A stretch of DNA of 64,000 nt from an uncultured Spirochaetota bacterium (GCA_963835575.1 CAWIGG010000003.1:128001-192000); one strand, 5' to 3'; positions 41,904 to 52,918 are shown, numbered from the stretch's first letter. Translations and numbers: made by a program. The notes: generated from the sequence alone by a model not told the origin.

Positions 41904-41937
41904 GCCGTGTGGTGGACAATATCAGCATTAATAGGTT

Positions 41938-42792
41938 TCATTTATATTTAAATCTTAATTTTAACTCTCGAGCAAGTCCTTCAAGATCGGGAAATACAAC
42001 TGATTCAGTAATACCAAGATTCTCAAGGTCTTTAAACATTTCAGCAGTATTACCTTTGATAACTAATTTTCTTAAAAATCCATTTTTTACTAAATCAGTA
42101 TCTATAAATAAATCCTCAAAATTGCTTTTATCAAATCCATGGATCGTAAATACACTTTTTTGTGCTTGCATGCGTGGATGTACATAAGAAGTTTGAACTG
42201 CTAATGGGTAAGTTAAATAAATTTTGGACACATTAACAATTTTTGTAAACTGTTCTATATCATTATCATTATCATTTTGAAATTGGTAAAAGGCTATTTG
42301 AAAATATCTAAAAACAATCTTTGTGGGATCCCATGTTGGTGATATTGAATAAGAACCAATTGATTGTTTATTTAATTCGAAAGGATGAATAATCCAAATT
42401 GCTGGGTTATCATTATTAACTGGATTTTTAATGAAATTTATTAAAGAAAAAAACAATGCAATTAACGGACTTTCAGTCCAATCTAGCAGCCGTGTAGGGA
42501 GACCCAAATGCTGCATTAAAAATAACCAAGAATCAAGTCTTTCAACATCAGGAGTTTTATTATCAAATGTTGATGCTTTATTTCTAAAACTCATATTCAT
42601 CCAAAATTCATCATAATTACAATTAGGATGAAATAAAGATGGAACAGGTTTGTCTTTAGCACTTGATTGACCTCGAAACCATGGAGAAATAATATGATCA
42701 TTTATTTTATACCAAGATTCCGTAATTAATTTTATTTCATTTAAATATTCATTTAATGAATAAATATCTTTGTAAGGAAAATTATCACTCAT
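41938..42792 (-). CDS. FRG domain protein (in cassette-like unit)
   Basis: WFRGQ, MQHLGLPTRLLDWTESPLIALFF, RMQAQKSVF, LGITESVVFPDLEG; markedly AT-rich. Confidence 0.93.
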   Translation of the reverse strand: MSDNFPYKDIYSLNEYLNEIKLITESWYKINDHIISPWFRGQSSAKDKPVPSLFHPNCNYDEFWMNMSFRNKASTFDNKTPDVERLDSWLFLMQHLGLPTRLLDWTESPLIALFFSLINFIKNPVNNDNPAIWIIHPFELNKQSIGSYSISPTWDPTKIVFRYFQIAFYQFQNDNDNDIEQFTKIVNVSKIYLTYPLAVQTSYVHPRMQAQKSVFTIHGFDKSNFEDLFIDTDLVKNGFLRKLVIKGNTAEMFKDLENLGITESVVFPDLEGLARELKLRFKYK

Positions 42793-42874
42793 AGAAAACC
42801 TTCTTTTTAAAATATTAATATATTTTTTAAAAGCTGGCCACCACATGGCGTTTAACTACTAATAGATGAAATAA

Positions 42875-43000
42875 TTCCAACAAAAAAGGCAATGGCACAC
42901 CACCATCGCCCATCATCCCCCTTCACCGCAAAAGAAAGCTCAAAAAGCCCGTCAGAGTCCTAAAAGCATATTGCATTTCGAGTTATCTGTCAACAATTGT
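42875..43000 (-). repeat. Promoter plus short terminator-ended transcript module, copy 1
   Basis: TTGACA-N17-TATGCT, conserved TTTTTGAGCTTT..TTTGCGGTGAAGGGGGAT.ATGGGCGATGG...CCATTGCCTTTTTTGTTGGAA; copy 2 at 48140-48268. Confidence 0.75.
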
Positions 43001-43161
43001 TAAATTGTTTGTCGCTTCCTTCTATTACTAAGTGGCGGTTGCTTACCTTTAAGTCCTTCCCGCCGGCAGACCCCGAATTTCTAAAAACGATCCTGGAAAT
43101 AATTTCCTGTATTATTTCTTGTTTTCTTATTTTTTTAGGTATTATATTAGAGAGGCAAAAT

Positions 43162-44547
43162 ATGAATAGAAGATTTCCATTGCGGGTGATTTTATTTTTT
43201 GCGGTATTTGCGGCATCATGCACGCCTTTGGCGAATAGCTCTTCCGGCGGTCCCGGGAAGCCGCAGAATCCCGTTACAAATACATTATCTGTAGCTATTT
43301 CCAACAATGTGATCAATTCGCTAAACCCGCTTTTCTTCGGGCATAATTACTATGGATGGCCTACGAACTGGGGAAATCCCGTAGCGGGCACGGTATCGAT
43401 CATCAAACCGTTAAATATCAAATTGATGCGCGCGGGGGGCCAGAATAACGACGCGGAGGACCCGGAGCCGCTTGACACTCTTTTTATGGACAACTATAAC
43501 TCTTATATTTCCAACATCGGAGGGGCCGCGCCTTTTTTGCAGCTTCCCCTTGCCGGCTCGCCGACCATGGCTTCGAGGGTCGTCCGGGCTACGAATATAC
43601 TTTCGTATTATATCAATACAAAGGGTTATTCCCTCAACTGGGTCGCCATTGGCAACGAACCGGACGTTTACAATGTTACAACCCCCTCCACGGATATGAC
43701 AAATTTTAATACCTACATAAACAGCTTTACGAACGTCGCCGCGGCGGTAAAAAAGGCATACCCTTCGCTCAATATCGCCGGTCCCGATCTGGCTTACGAT
43801 TACAACAAACCCGGAACCGATTTTCTGACGCGCTTTTTACAAAATTGCAGGAATTATGTGAACACCGTTACGATTCATTACTATCCCGCAAATGCCGATT
43901 CTCTCGCGACGTATGATTTCGCTACGAATCAATTTGATTTTATAACGAACAGTTATTCGACCATTCTGAAAACTATCGCTGATTATGGCAGCGGGCAGTC
44001 CCTGATAATAGGCGAATGCCAGATTTCATGGGACGGCAATCCCGCCAACCCAGTCGCGGAGGCTTCTTTAGGTACGATCGAAGCGGGTTTGTGGTTTGCC
44101 GATTTCGCCGGAATATCCGGTTCCCAGCCTAAAGTCATCTCGATAATGCCATGGAGCGTCTGCGAAAGCTACCTGACGAGTTTCCTGGATATCGGGTCGG
44201 GTAATAAACCCAGGCCGGTCTATTATGTCTATTATTTATTTTCTAATCATGCCCTTTCAAATATGGTATTATGCTCTAAACCTGCCGCCGATATCCGCGT
44301 TTACGCGTATGAGGACGCTTCCGGCAATGCCAGCGTTTATTGCGTTAACTGGAATAGAATAGACTCGTACTCGATAACTTTCAACTTTACCGGGGGGCTG
44401 CTCCATAACACCAATATCGCTTATACTTTCGCTCCATTATCTCTGACATGCCTTTCGATCTCGGCTGACCTTTCTCAAAGGACCGCTTATACCTACAGTT
44501 CGGCCGATGCCGCCGCCGGGCAGGGCATTGAAACAAATAATTTTTAA
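43162..44547 (+). CDS. Clan GH-A glycoside hydrolase lipoprotein (GH44/51/79-like)
   Basis: Lipobox AASC; RAGG, IGNEPD, IAGP, TIHYY, IIGE; C-terminal beta-sandwich. Confidence 0.75.
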   Translation: MNRRFPLRVILFFAVFAASCTPLANSSSGGPGKPQNPVTNTLSVAISNNVINSLNPLFFGHNYYGWPTNWGNPVAGTVSIIKPLNIKLMRAGGQNNDAEDPEPLDTLFMDNYNSYISNIGGAAPFLQLPLAGSPTMASRVVRATNILSYYINTKGYSLNWVAIGNEPDVYNVTTPSTDMTNFNTYINSFTNVAAAVKKAYPSLNIAGPDLAYDYNKPGTDFLTRFLQNCRNYVNTVTIHYYPANADSLATYDFATNQFDFITNSYSTILKTIADYGSGQSLIIGECQISWDGNPANPVAEASLGTIEAGLWFADFAGISGSQPKVISIMPWSVCESYLTSFLDIGSGNKPRPVYYVYYLFSNHALSNMVLCSKPAADIRVYAYEDASGNASVYCVNWNRIDSYSITFNFTGGLLHNTNIAYTFAPLSLTCLSISADLSQRTAYTYSSADAAAGQGIETNNF

Positions 44548-44893
44548 CCTGAAAACATTATCCCGGAAGACAAACTGGCGGCCGTCCGGGCCTTGGGCCG
44601 ATAGTCAGTTCTCTCCGGGTCCTTTGCAATCAAATAAAAACTTTTACTAACCTTAATCCTGTAAATCCTGCGAACAATCGGATATTACAAAAAAGAATTC
44701 TTCTATAAAATCATAATAGTATAAAAGATCCAGTATTAAATCACCTTCAAACCCATTCTCCCGTTCTCTGCGGCTCTACAGTGAAATAAATACTTCTACT
44801 ATCCAACTATCTTAAATAATTATAAATCCTCAAAAATCCGCCTTAATCCGTGCCTATCCGTGTGAAACATCGGATATTACAAAACGCTTTTGT

Positions 44894-45253
44894 TTAATCA
44901 AACGATTCAGCTGCCCCATGAATGCGTTTCCCTCCGAACGCATGGATAGTCCTTGTTCCTGCAATGCATTTCCCCCGCTGTTCCGTTCCCTTCGGAATGA
45001 ATAATTCATCGCCCGGATTAAGGACATACTCCTTATCATTCAAAATTGCCTTATATTGCCCGCTGACGCAGACCATGTACTCGTCAAATTCATGGGTATG
45101 CTTTTTCGAGATCCTGTCGGAATAGCATGTCCAGAACGCCATCTGACCGCCGTCCGCGCCTTCGTAAAAATAGCCGTCGATATCGGCGGTATTCTGTTCA
45201 TGACTGCCGATATGGTTTTTTTCATTTTTCATGAATTCCGGAAAATCTTTCAT
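44894..45253 (-). CDS. Cupin domain protein
   Basis: HTHEFDEY...LNPGDELFIPKG. Confidence 0.85.
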   Translation of the reverse strand: MKDFPEFMKNEKNHIGSHEQNTADIDGYFYEGADGGQMAFWTCYSDRISKKHTHEFDEYMVCVSGQYKAILNDKEYVLNPGDELFIPKGTEQRGKCIAGTRTIHAFGGKRIHGAAESFD

Positions 45254-45416
45254 ACTCCATCCTTTTATATATAATAAAAATTATACAGTCTTTTTTATAC
45301 ATAAATCAAAAGTTTTAATGATATCAACAGGTCTTAACGGGCTGATTGGAACATTTTTACCGGTAACCGGGAGGCTGGTTTGTATTGTTTTCGGGTTTTT
45401 CAACAATCAGTGAAGT

Positions 45417-46232
45417 CTATTTTAATGTGGTTTTATTTTTCCCGGTCCTTTTGGATTTATATAAAGCATTATCCGCTTTTGTTATGAGCTCGTCTAATAC
45501 CATAGAACTATCCGGACAGTTTGAAACCCCCATACTGATTGTTATTTTGATATCATTTTGAAAGTGGTCTTCAACTTTTTTCCTTAACCTTTCCGCTATT
45601 ATTCCGGCCTCATTACTATTTGTATGCGGCAATACAATCGCGAATTCTTCTCCGCCGTATCTCGCGCAAATATCCAGATCGCGTCTTGAGTTATTAAGGA
45701 CAGTCCCCAGTTTTTTTAATATATCATCTCCTTTTTGATGCCCGTATTGATCATTTACTTTTTTAAAATCATCAATATCCAATATCACCAGGGAAAAAGT
45801 CGTTTTATATCTTCTATATCTTTTTAGCTCTTCTTTAAGTTTTGTAAATAAATACGATCTGTTGTATAACCTTGTCAACCCGTCGCTTGTTGATAATTCC
45901 GCGATTTTCCCGATAAAAGCCTCGCCGATTAATTTCGGATTTTCAATCTTACATTTAATATTTGTTAAATAATCCAGAGTTGAAACAGTAATATCGATAC
46001 TTCTATTTAATGTTTTTGAAAGATAATATTTATGCGCTAATATTTCTTCCCATAACTTTTTCGAATCATCCTTTAAAAATATTTGATGGGTTATATAAAA
46101 TAATATTTTTACATATAAATCGTCTCCAATTTCATTTAATAATTTATCATAAATAATTTTATCCTCATTAGATAATATAGAATCTCCGGCAATACCGGAA
46201 ATAAATTCCGAAGTAAACAACTTATTATTCAT
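45417..46232 (-). CDS. GGDEF diguanylate cyclase, N-terminus cut off by IS (original start 48051)
   Basis: DGLTRLYNR, DIDDFKKVND..GH..GD, RDLD I-site, RYGGEEF, ADNALY.SK. Confidence 0.92.
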   Translation of the reverse strand: MNNKLFTSEFISGIAGDSILSNEDKIIYDKLLNEIGDDLYVKILFYITHQIFLKDDSKKLWEEILAHKYYLSKTLNRSIDITVSTLDYLTNIKCKIENPKLIGEAFIGKIAELSTSDGLTRLYNRSYLFTKLKEELKRYRRYKTTFSLVILDIDDFKKVNDQYGHQKGDDILKKLGTVLNNSRRDLDICARYGGEEFAIVLPHTNSNEAGIIAERLRKKVEDHFQNDIKITISMGVSNCPDSSMVLDELITKADNALYKSKRTGKNKTTLK

Positions 46233-47997
46233 GGCCCTACTGCAAAAACAATCCTACCGATTCATGTACAAAAGTTGCATAACTCGTTATAATATATGCA
46301 CATGAATCAGAGAGAGGTCAAAATGTTCAAGCTGAATCAGAGACATATAGAACAGGATTTATATCCGGTAAGATATGAAATGAACCAGGAAATGAGAGAA
46401 AGTTTAAATGAAAGCTGGGCCGGGCTTTTTTACCAGAAAGTTTTCTCAAAAATAAATGAGCGGAAGTTTGCTCCACTATATGACCCAAAACTTGGTAGGA
46501 GTAATTTCCCGGTCAACATATTAGCCGGGCTGGAAATCATGAAAGAGCTATTCTCTCTGACCGATGAACAGTTGTTTGAGCGGTATCGATATGATTTATC
46601 GTTTCGATACGCGCTGGGATTGGAAGACATCAACGCGCAGCAGATGTCGATCAGGACGTTATACTATTTTCGTGCCGCTGTGGCGGAGAATCAGGACGGG
46701 CTTTTTGACGTTATATTTGATGAGTTTCGGGATCTTTTAATTGGAGAGGTCGGGATCAAAACCGGACTGCAGAGGACAGATTCTGTAATGATTGGGGCCA
46801 ATATCAAGCGGCTGAATCGGGTTATGCTGTTTCATAAAGTGTTGTCCAATATGGCGGAAGATGTTTCCAATGCTGGATTTTCCTTAAGTGAAAGATGTAA
46901 GGATTTTCTAAAACAAAATGAGGACGGATTCAGTTATCGACTGAAAAAGGAGAATTACGAATCGAAAACGGTGGAAATTGGCGAGGAAATATTCGGGCTG
47001 ATTACAGAGAACGTGTTTCACAATAAAGTCAGGAAACAAAAGAGTTTCCGGCAGGCAATGAGACTTTTGCGGGAACAATGCCGGATAGAAAAAGAAGGCA
47101 AGGTGACGCTGAAGCTGCCGCGGGAAATCAAAGCCTCATCGATGCAGTCGCCGGTGGACGAAGACGCGACCTACCGGGAGAAGCGGGGAAAACAGTATGT
47201 CGGGTATAAGGTGAACGCGGTTGAAACCTGTGACCCTCAAAATCCGATGCAGGTGATTACCAGCATAGAAACCGCATCGAATAATGCTGACGATGGGGAT
47301 TTATTCCGCAGGCAACTATCTAATTTAAAAAAGGAAACGAATATTGAAACAGCGATAAGCGATGGCGGTTATAATTCTGAAGACCTTCGGAATGAGAGCG
47401 GCGAAGACGTTCAACTGGTAATGAGCGCGATACGCGGCGTCGATCTGGAAGGGATAAAAAACAAAGCGAAACTTTCTGAGTATACAGACCCAAAAACCGG
47501 CAAATATGGGATGTGTCCGGCGGGAGAAATCCCGAATAGCATTATTGAAAATGAAGATGGTTCCGTGGTATTGAATTTTGATGTAAAAAAATGTGCCGCC
47601 TGCGATAAGAAAGAAAATTGTCTGGCCTGTGTCGGCAAGAAGCAAAGTCGGCTGGTAATAGACGCCAAAAGGGAATGGATGGATGAATTTTTGGAATTGA
47701 TATGTATGGATGCAGGAAAATTTCTGATGGGACTACGCCCTGCCGTAGAAGGATTGATGAGTTTATTGAAACCAAAGTATTTGAGCGGCAGGATTTTGTT
47801 CCGTGGTCTGGTAAAAGTCAAAACCCGCATGCTTTTAAGGGAATCGGGATTAATTTCAAGAGATATCGGGGCTATTTGGCTGATAAATCGAAGGCTGCCG
47901 CCGACATGGCCTTTGATTTCTTAATCTTTTTCCTTGTGCGGTTGAAAATTTGCCGGAATATCCCCTATGCTTGTGTTTGAATTTTTTCAGCAGGGCC
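46233..47997 (+). mobile_element. IS element (IS1182/IS5-like DDE transposase)
   Basis: Terminal IRs GGCCCTACTGCAAAAA / TTTTTTCAGCAGGGCC; 6-bp direct repeat ATTCAT at 46227-46232 and 47998-48003. Confidence 0.93.
46296..47980 (+). pseudogene. Transposase with C-terminal frameshift
   Basis: QRTDSVMI, DEDATYR, DGGY, CPAG..C..C...C, RPAVEG; the terminal GIGINFKR helix lies in another frame after ~47838. Confidence 0.8.
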
Positions 47998-48139
47998 ATT
48001 CATTATATCAAATAATTGACTGTTAATATTTTTTTTACTTTTTTTCACCATTTTTATACACCATAATTAAAAAATAGATTCCGCCTGCCGGCCGCGTTAG
48101 CGGTTGCTGTGTTTTTGCCGGCACACTATCCTTACCTCC

Positions 48140-48268
48140 TTCCAACAAAAAAGGCAATGGTTCAACACCATCGCCCATAATCCCCCTTCACCGCAAATAA
48201 AAGCTCAAAAACCCCCAGCTTAGAGACATAATATTATGGCTCATATCATTAGATAAGTCAACAACTGT
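48140..48268 (-). repeat. Promoter plus short terminator-ended transcript module, copy 2
   Basis: TTGACT-N17-CATAAT plus the same conserved core as 42875-43000. Confidence 0.75.
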
Positions 48269-48476
48269 AAAATATTTATTAACAACAGTCTTCCGTATTA
48301 CTTTATATTCCGTTTAGCACCCACCCCTTACAGTAACTCTCTCCATAACAGGACAATGAGTACCCATAAACCCTATAACAACAAAATAAAATCCTCATAA
48401 ATCCGCCTTCATCCGCGCCAATCCGTGTGCAGAATCGGATATTATAAAAAGCTTTAGTTTTTACATGCTCAATAGT

Positions 48477-50354
48477 TCATTTCCTGCTTTTCAAATATAT
48501 CAGCAGCACCTGGATGGCCGCCGGGGTGACGCCGGAAATCCGCGAGGCCTGCCCGAGGTTGGCCGGTTTAACTTTAGTCAGCTTTTCAACCTCTTCCTGT
48601 TTAATGCTGGACACGGCCGAATAATCAAAATCTTGGGGTATCTTTATATGCTCCATCTGTTCGAACTGCAGGACCATCTGTCTCTCGTCCCGCATGTAGC
48701 CCTCGTATTTTATCTCGATCTCCACCTGTTCTATCTCTTCCGCGGACAACTGTTCCGGGGGAGGAAAATGAAGAGCGAGTATTGAATAGGACGTGTCCGG
48801 CCTCCGGAGGATCTCGGCGATTGAAAACGGCTTATTGATGGAAGTCGTCCCGATTGCCTGAAGCGTTTTATTGACCTCTTCCGTCGGGTTGATCTTCACC
48901 CGTTTCAGGCGGGCTATTTCTTCCGCTATATTTTTTTCTTTTTTCTCAACTCTTTTATTGAACTCCTCCGGCAGAAGCCCCAGCTCGCAGCCTTTTTTCG
49001 AAAGCCTCCTGTCCGCGTTGTCCTCCCTCAGGATAAGCCGGTATTCCACGCGCGACGTGAACATCCGGTAGGGCTCGTTCGTACCCTTTGTCGTCAGGTC
49101 GTCGATCAGCACGCCGATATAGCCGCCGCTCCGTTCCAGGATAAAGTCCGGCCTGCCGAGCGCCCTCGACGCCGCGTTGATTCCGGCTATAAGCCCCTGC
49201 GCGCCGGCTTCCTCATACCCCGTCGTCCCGTTGATCTGTCCTGCGAAATAGAGGTTTTTGACCCGTTTCGTTTCCAGCGTCGCATAGAGTTCCGTCGGGT
49301 CCACATAGTCATGCTCAACGGCGTACGCCGGCCGGAGCATCACGGCCTTTTCCAGGCCCGGCACGCTGTGAAGGATCTCAAGCTGTATCTCAATGGGAAA
49401 ACCGTTCGATAGGCCGTTCGGATAATACTCGGCCGTGTCCCTTCCCTCCGGTTCGACAAAGACATGGTGGCTTTCCCGCTGTGGGAATTTCATCACCTTG
49501 TCTTCCACCGAGGGGCAGTACCGCACCCCTGTCGCCTTGATCTGCCCGGAGTACATCGGCGCCTGGCCGATGTTGTCCCGGATGATTTTATGCGTCTTTT
49601 CAGTGGTATGCGTCAGCCAGCAGGGAAGCTGTTCATTATCCGGCAGGACCGCTTCCCGCGGCGTCCAGAAGGAAAATGGCCTGATTGGTGTATCCCCGGG
49701 CTGGATCTCCATTTTACTGAAATCCAGGCTGCGCCTGTCAAGACGCGCCGGCGTACCTGTCTTAAAACGCCCGGCCTTAAAACCTAAATCGCGGATGGTT
49801 TTTGAAAGCGGGACCGCCGGCCCTTCGCCGAGCCTCCCCGCGGGAAAAGTCTTTTTGCCGATATGGATGAGCCCGTTCAGAAACGTGCCCGGCGTAATGA
49901 CAACCGTTTTTGAATGATAGGCGACACCCATTGCCGTGGAAATGCCCGCCACTGTGTTTTCCTTCACGATGATGTCATCGACCATGTCCTGTTTCACGTC
50001 CAGGCCGGCCTGGTTCAGGACGGCTTTCTGCATATAGGCCCTGTACAGCGGCTTGTCCGCCTGCGCGCGCGAGGATCGGACAGCCGGACCTTTGCGCATA
50101 TTAAGCGTGCGGAACTGGATGCCCGTCGCGTCGATGGCTTTGCCCATCTCGCCGCCGAGCGCGTCGATCTCCTTCACAAGCTGGCCCTTGCCGATGCCGC
50201 CGATCGAGGGGTTGCAGGGCATCTGGCCGATCAGGTCGATGTTCGGAGAAAGAAGCAGCGTCTTAGCGCCGATGCGCGCGGAAGCGAGCGCGGCCTCGAT
50301 GCCGGCATGCCCGCCGCCGATGACGATGACGTCGTATGTGTCGGGGTAAGTCAC
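48477..50354 (-). CDS. mnmG: tRNA uridine-5-carboxymethylaminomethyl(34) synthesis enzyme
   Basis: [47 protein letters not shown]. Confidence 0.98.
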   Translation of the reverse strand: MTYPDTYDVIVIGGGHAGIEAALASARIGAKTLLLSPNIDLIGQMPCNPSIGGIGKGQLVKEIDALGGEMGKAIDATGIQFRTLNMRKGPAVRSSRAQADKPLYRAYMQKAVLNQAGLDVKQDMVDDIIVKENTVAGISTAMGVAYHSKTVVITPGTFLNGLIHIGKKTFPAGRLGEGPAVPLSKTIRDLGFKAGRFKTGTPARLDRRSLDFSKMEIQPGDTPIRPFSFWTPREAVLPDNEQLPCWLTHTTEKTHKIIRDNIGQAPMYSGQIKATGVRYCPSVEDKVMKFPQRESHHVFVEPEGRDTAEYYPNGLSNGFPIEIQLEILHSVPGLEKAVMLRPAYAVEHDYVDPTELYATLETKRVKNLYFAGQINGTTGYEEAGAQGLIAGINAASRALGRPDFILERSGGYIGVLIDDLTTKGTNEPYRMFTSRVEYRLILREDNADRRLSKKGCELGLLPEEFNKRVEKKEKNIAEEIARLKRVKINPTEEVNKTLQAIGTTSINKPFSIAEILRRPDTSYSILALHFPPPEQLSAEEIEQVEIEIKYEGYMRDERQMVLQFEQMEHIKIPQDFDYSAVSSIKQEEVEKLTKVKPANLGQASRISGVTPAAIQVLLIYLKSRK

Positions 50355-50571
50355 TATTTTATACCTCTATGAAATAAGTTGCTGTATATTATAGCATAAT
50401 AGAGAGGTTTTGTGAAAAGTGAGGCATCTCACAACAGAGAAAAGGTGGAGACGGGTAATCCGCTAAGCGCTGCCCTGAGTTGCCCGGAGGGCGTATCGAA
50501 GGACCACGCGAATAGACGCTAATGGGAGTTTAAATAGGCTTACTGAAAAGCAGGAATTTCAGCAAAAAGAC

Positions 50572-50717
50572 CGTCATTGCGAGCATCCGGTTGTTTCCTT
50601 TGCCGTTGACTATAATGCGAAGCAATCTATCTATATATTTAGATTTCTTTATTTGCAGACAGATTGCTTCGTACTAATAATTTTGTCACAGTTCAAGTCT
50701 ATTGACTCGCAATGACG
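50572..50717. repeat. REP-like element (GTCATTGCGAG...GAAGCAATC / GATTGCTTCG...CTCGCAATGAC)
   Basis: Nested inverted repeats visible directly in the sequence. Confidence 0.8.
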
Positions 50718-50748
50718 TTTTTGTGGCAACTTGCTTCTTATATTATAT

Positions 50749-50952
50749 GGGCAGTTCTAAAAACTCAAATATTTAGAACTGCCGCTATTATATGAGTTCA
50801 TGCTACCGCCCGAGTTCGCTGTCTGAAAAGATCATCAACCAGCGAACTCTATACGGTAGCGCCAATTAAATTTACAAGAGATTCTATAACCGGGGCAGTT
50901 CCAAAACCTATGTTGGAAATATCTGATTGATTTTGAGTTTTTGGAACTGCCC
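50749..50952. mobile_element. ~204-bp MITE-like tri-hairpin element, copy A
   Basis: Ends GGGCAGTTC / GAACTGCCC; central GAGTTCGCTG...CAGCGAACTC; inverted copy at 54598-54800. Confidence 0.8.
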
Positions 50953-50961
50953 ATATATAAT

Positions 50962-52469
50962 TTATCTTACAGCTTCCAATTTACCAATAGCCACGCCTTT
51001 GGAACCATTCCAGATGGTGAAGATATCTCCATTCGCGGTTAAAACAGCCCGGTAATCGTAAAAACCGGGGCCCATTTTGGCGCTTGCTGTAATAGCTTTT
51101 TTATCTCCCGCCGCGCTCCAGAGTCTTGCTAATAGCTTTAAATTTCCGTCTCTATCAATTGCTATAATCAGGGGTGCAAAATCATAGTATTCCATATCCA
51201 ATTTTACATCAAAGTAGATCAATCCGTTGATATCATCGCTGATAAAACGGATATAAGTAACCTCTGGTATTTTATCAAGTTTCCTTTTTATCTTGTTTTT
51301 TTCAATGAATTCCTTTATTATTTCTCCGATTTTTAAATCTTTTAAAAGAATTCTTTTTATAACTTTGTCTTTTTGAATAGGGTATATATCAATCCAAAGG
51401 TTTTCTTCTTTATCTGAATCTATAGCCCAATCATAAGAATATGGTAAACCAAAAAATGAAGGAACCCCCTTATAAATTTTTTCTTCCTCTTGATAAAGAT
51501 CCATCTTATTTTGCGGTTCATAATATTTCCAATTATTCGTGTTTTTCCATAGCAATGAATCAATACCAGTTACAAAAATATATACAGGCTTTCCCTTTAA
51601 TTCATTTTCACCATAAAAAATAAGATTTCCTAAATAGACATTATTATTAATGATTTGCATTGATCCATAAAATTGTTTATTGTTAATAGCATTAAAAGAA
51701 TAATATGTAATTATCTCGACCAACTTTTTTTGCTTTTCTAATTCTCTAATATTATTATAATTATAACCTGCTAACCAAGTTAAATTCGAATATACCGAAT
51801 AAAAGTATATGCCTCCTCCTTGCCACTTACCTCTTGGATTACTAAAGTCATTCCTATCCACATCCACTCCCCACGACAGGTCATGGGTAATGTCATAGTT
51901 CATACCCCTCAACGGATCACCGAAATATTCCGGGATTTTTTCATTGATCTTATTTTTATTATTCAATGTGTCGTAGATTACTTTGCCTTTCTGATCCAGT
52001 TTATAAACATTGGGCAGTAACGCCGCGTATTCCAGAAAACCCTCGTCAGCGTTGAAAATAGCCTGGCCCAAAGGCGTTCCCAATTCCACATATTTCTTCG
52101 ATATTAAAGCCATGTGTCCAAATGCGGAAGCATCATAGCTGTATAAATCCTGCTGTCCCTCCTGGAATTGATCCGATGGCGCATATACCCCGATCCAATT
52201 CGGGTCGGCGTAGGATGTAATTCTGGCTTTTATCTCTTTGCCGGTGTCGTTATAAACCACCGTTCCCTGGGGAATCAGCGGCCCGCCGAGCTTTTCATAT
52301 TCCTCTATTTTATTGATATTGCTCTGAACACCTTTCAGCCTTTCCTCATAGACCTTTTTCGTTTCTTCTTTATATGTGTCCATGCTTTAGTCCCCGGTAA
52401 AGCCGGTCCCGAAGATTAACAAAAAGAAAAAACGATTAACGCCGGGATTTTGGACTTATTAAATGACAT
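50962..52469 (-). pseudogene. Exported hypothetical protein with broken signal peptide (473-aa ORF remains from 52383)
   Basis: SD AGGAGG plus ATG at 52469 and a hydrophobic leader. A 1-nt shift in a T-run and an in-frame TAA precede the long ORF. Confidence 0.55.
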
Positions 52470-52517
52470 AACGGCCTCCTTAAAACTAATACTCTTCGTT
52501 TTCCAAACACTTTCTAT

Positions 52518-52543
52518 TCGAGACGTAAGCATTGCGTCTCAAC
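52518..52543 (-). repeat. REP-like hairpin
   Basis: GTTGAGACGCAATGCTTACGTCTCGA. Confidence 0.55.
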
Positions 52544-52918
52544 GTTCGTTTCTATGACTATCCAATCATTGACATCGAATGCCTGATAATTCAGAACCGT
52601 CAATTCACCAGACACCCAAAAAAACGTCCCGACACCAGCGTTCGTAATCTTGGTGTCCTCTTCGTGCCCTTTGTGTTTAATCTTAGCTATTCTATTATCT
52701 ACAGACACCAAACGCCTGATAACAAGGAATCTTCTTTTTAAAAGACACCCAAAAACATTCCTATTCTCTGTGCTTTCTGTGTCTCTGTGACAAAAATAAA
52801 TTATCCTCACTGTCACTACCGGGTTTTTGATCCTCAGGCCGTTGATGACTGATAGTCATTTATTCCTGTCTCACCAGCGCTTCCCTTCAGGCTTTCGAGC
52901 GGCCGGAGCTGACGCATT

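Noticed and set aside
47830..47845. Programmed frameshift in the transposase
   Set aside because: No slippery heptamer seen. A 1-nt loss in a short G-run is simpler and could be a sequencing error, as could other single-base shifts in this window.
48150..48180. GGCGATGGTGTT resembling a fluoride riboswitch start
   Set aside because: Lacks the following CGCC pairing and the downstream pseudoknot segment; it forms a simple terminator-like hairpin instead.
52514..52816. 100-aa ORF (HRDTESTE, HKGHEEDTK)
   Set aside because: Translation of the 9-nt periodic repeats and a REP hairpin, not a credible gene. The same applies to 41589-41879, which overlaps the attC-like site.
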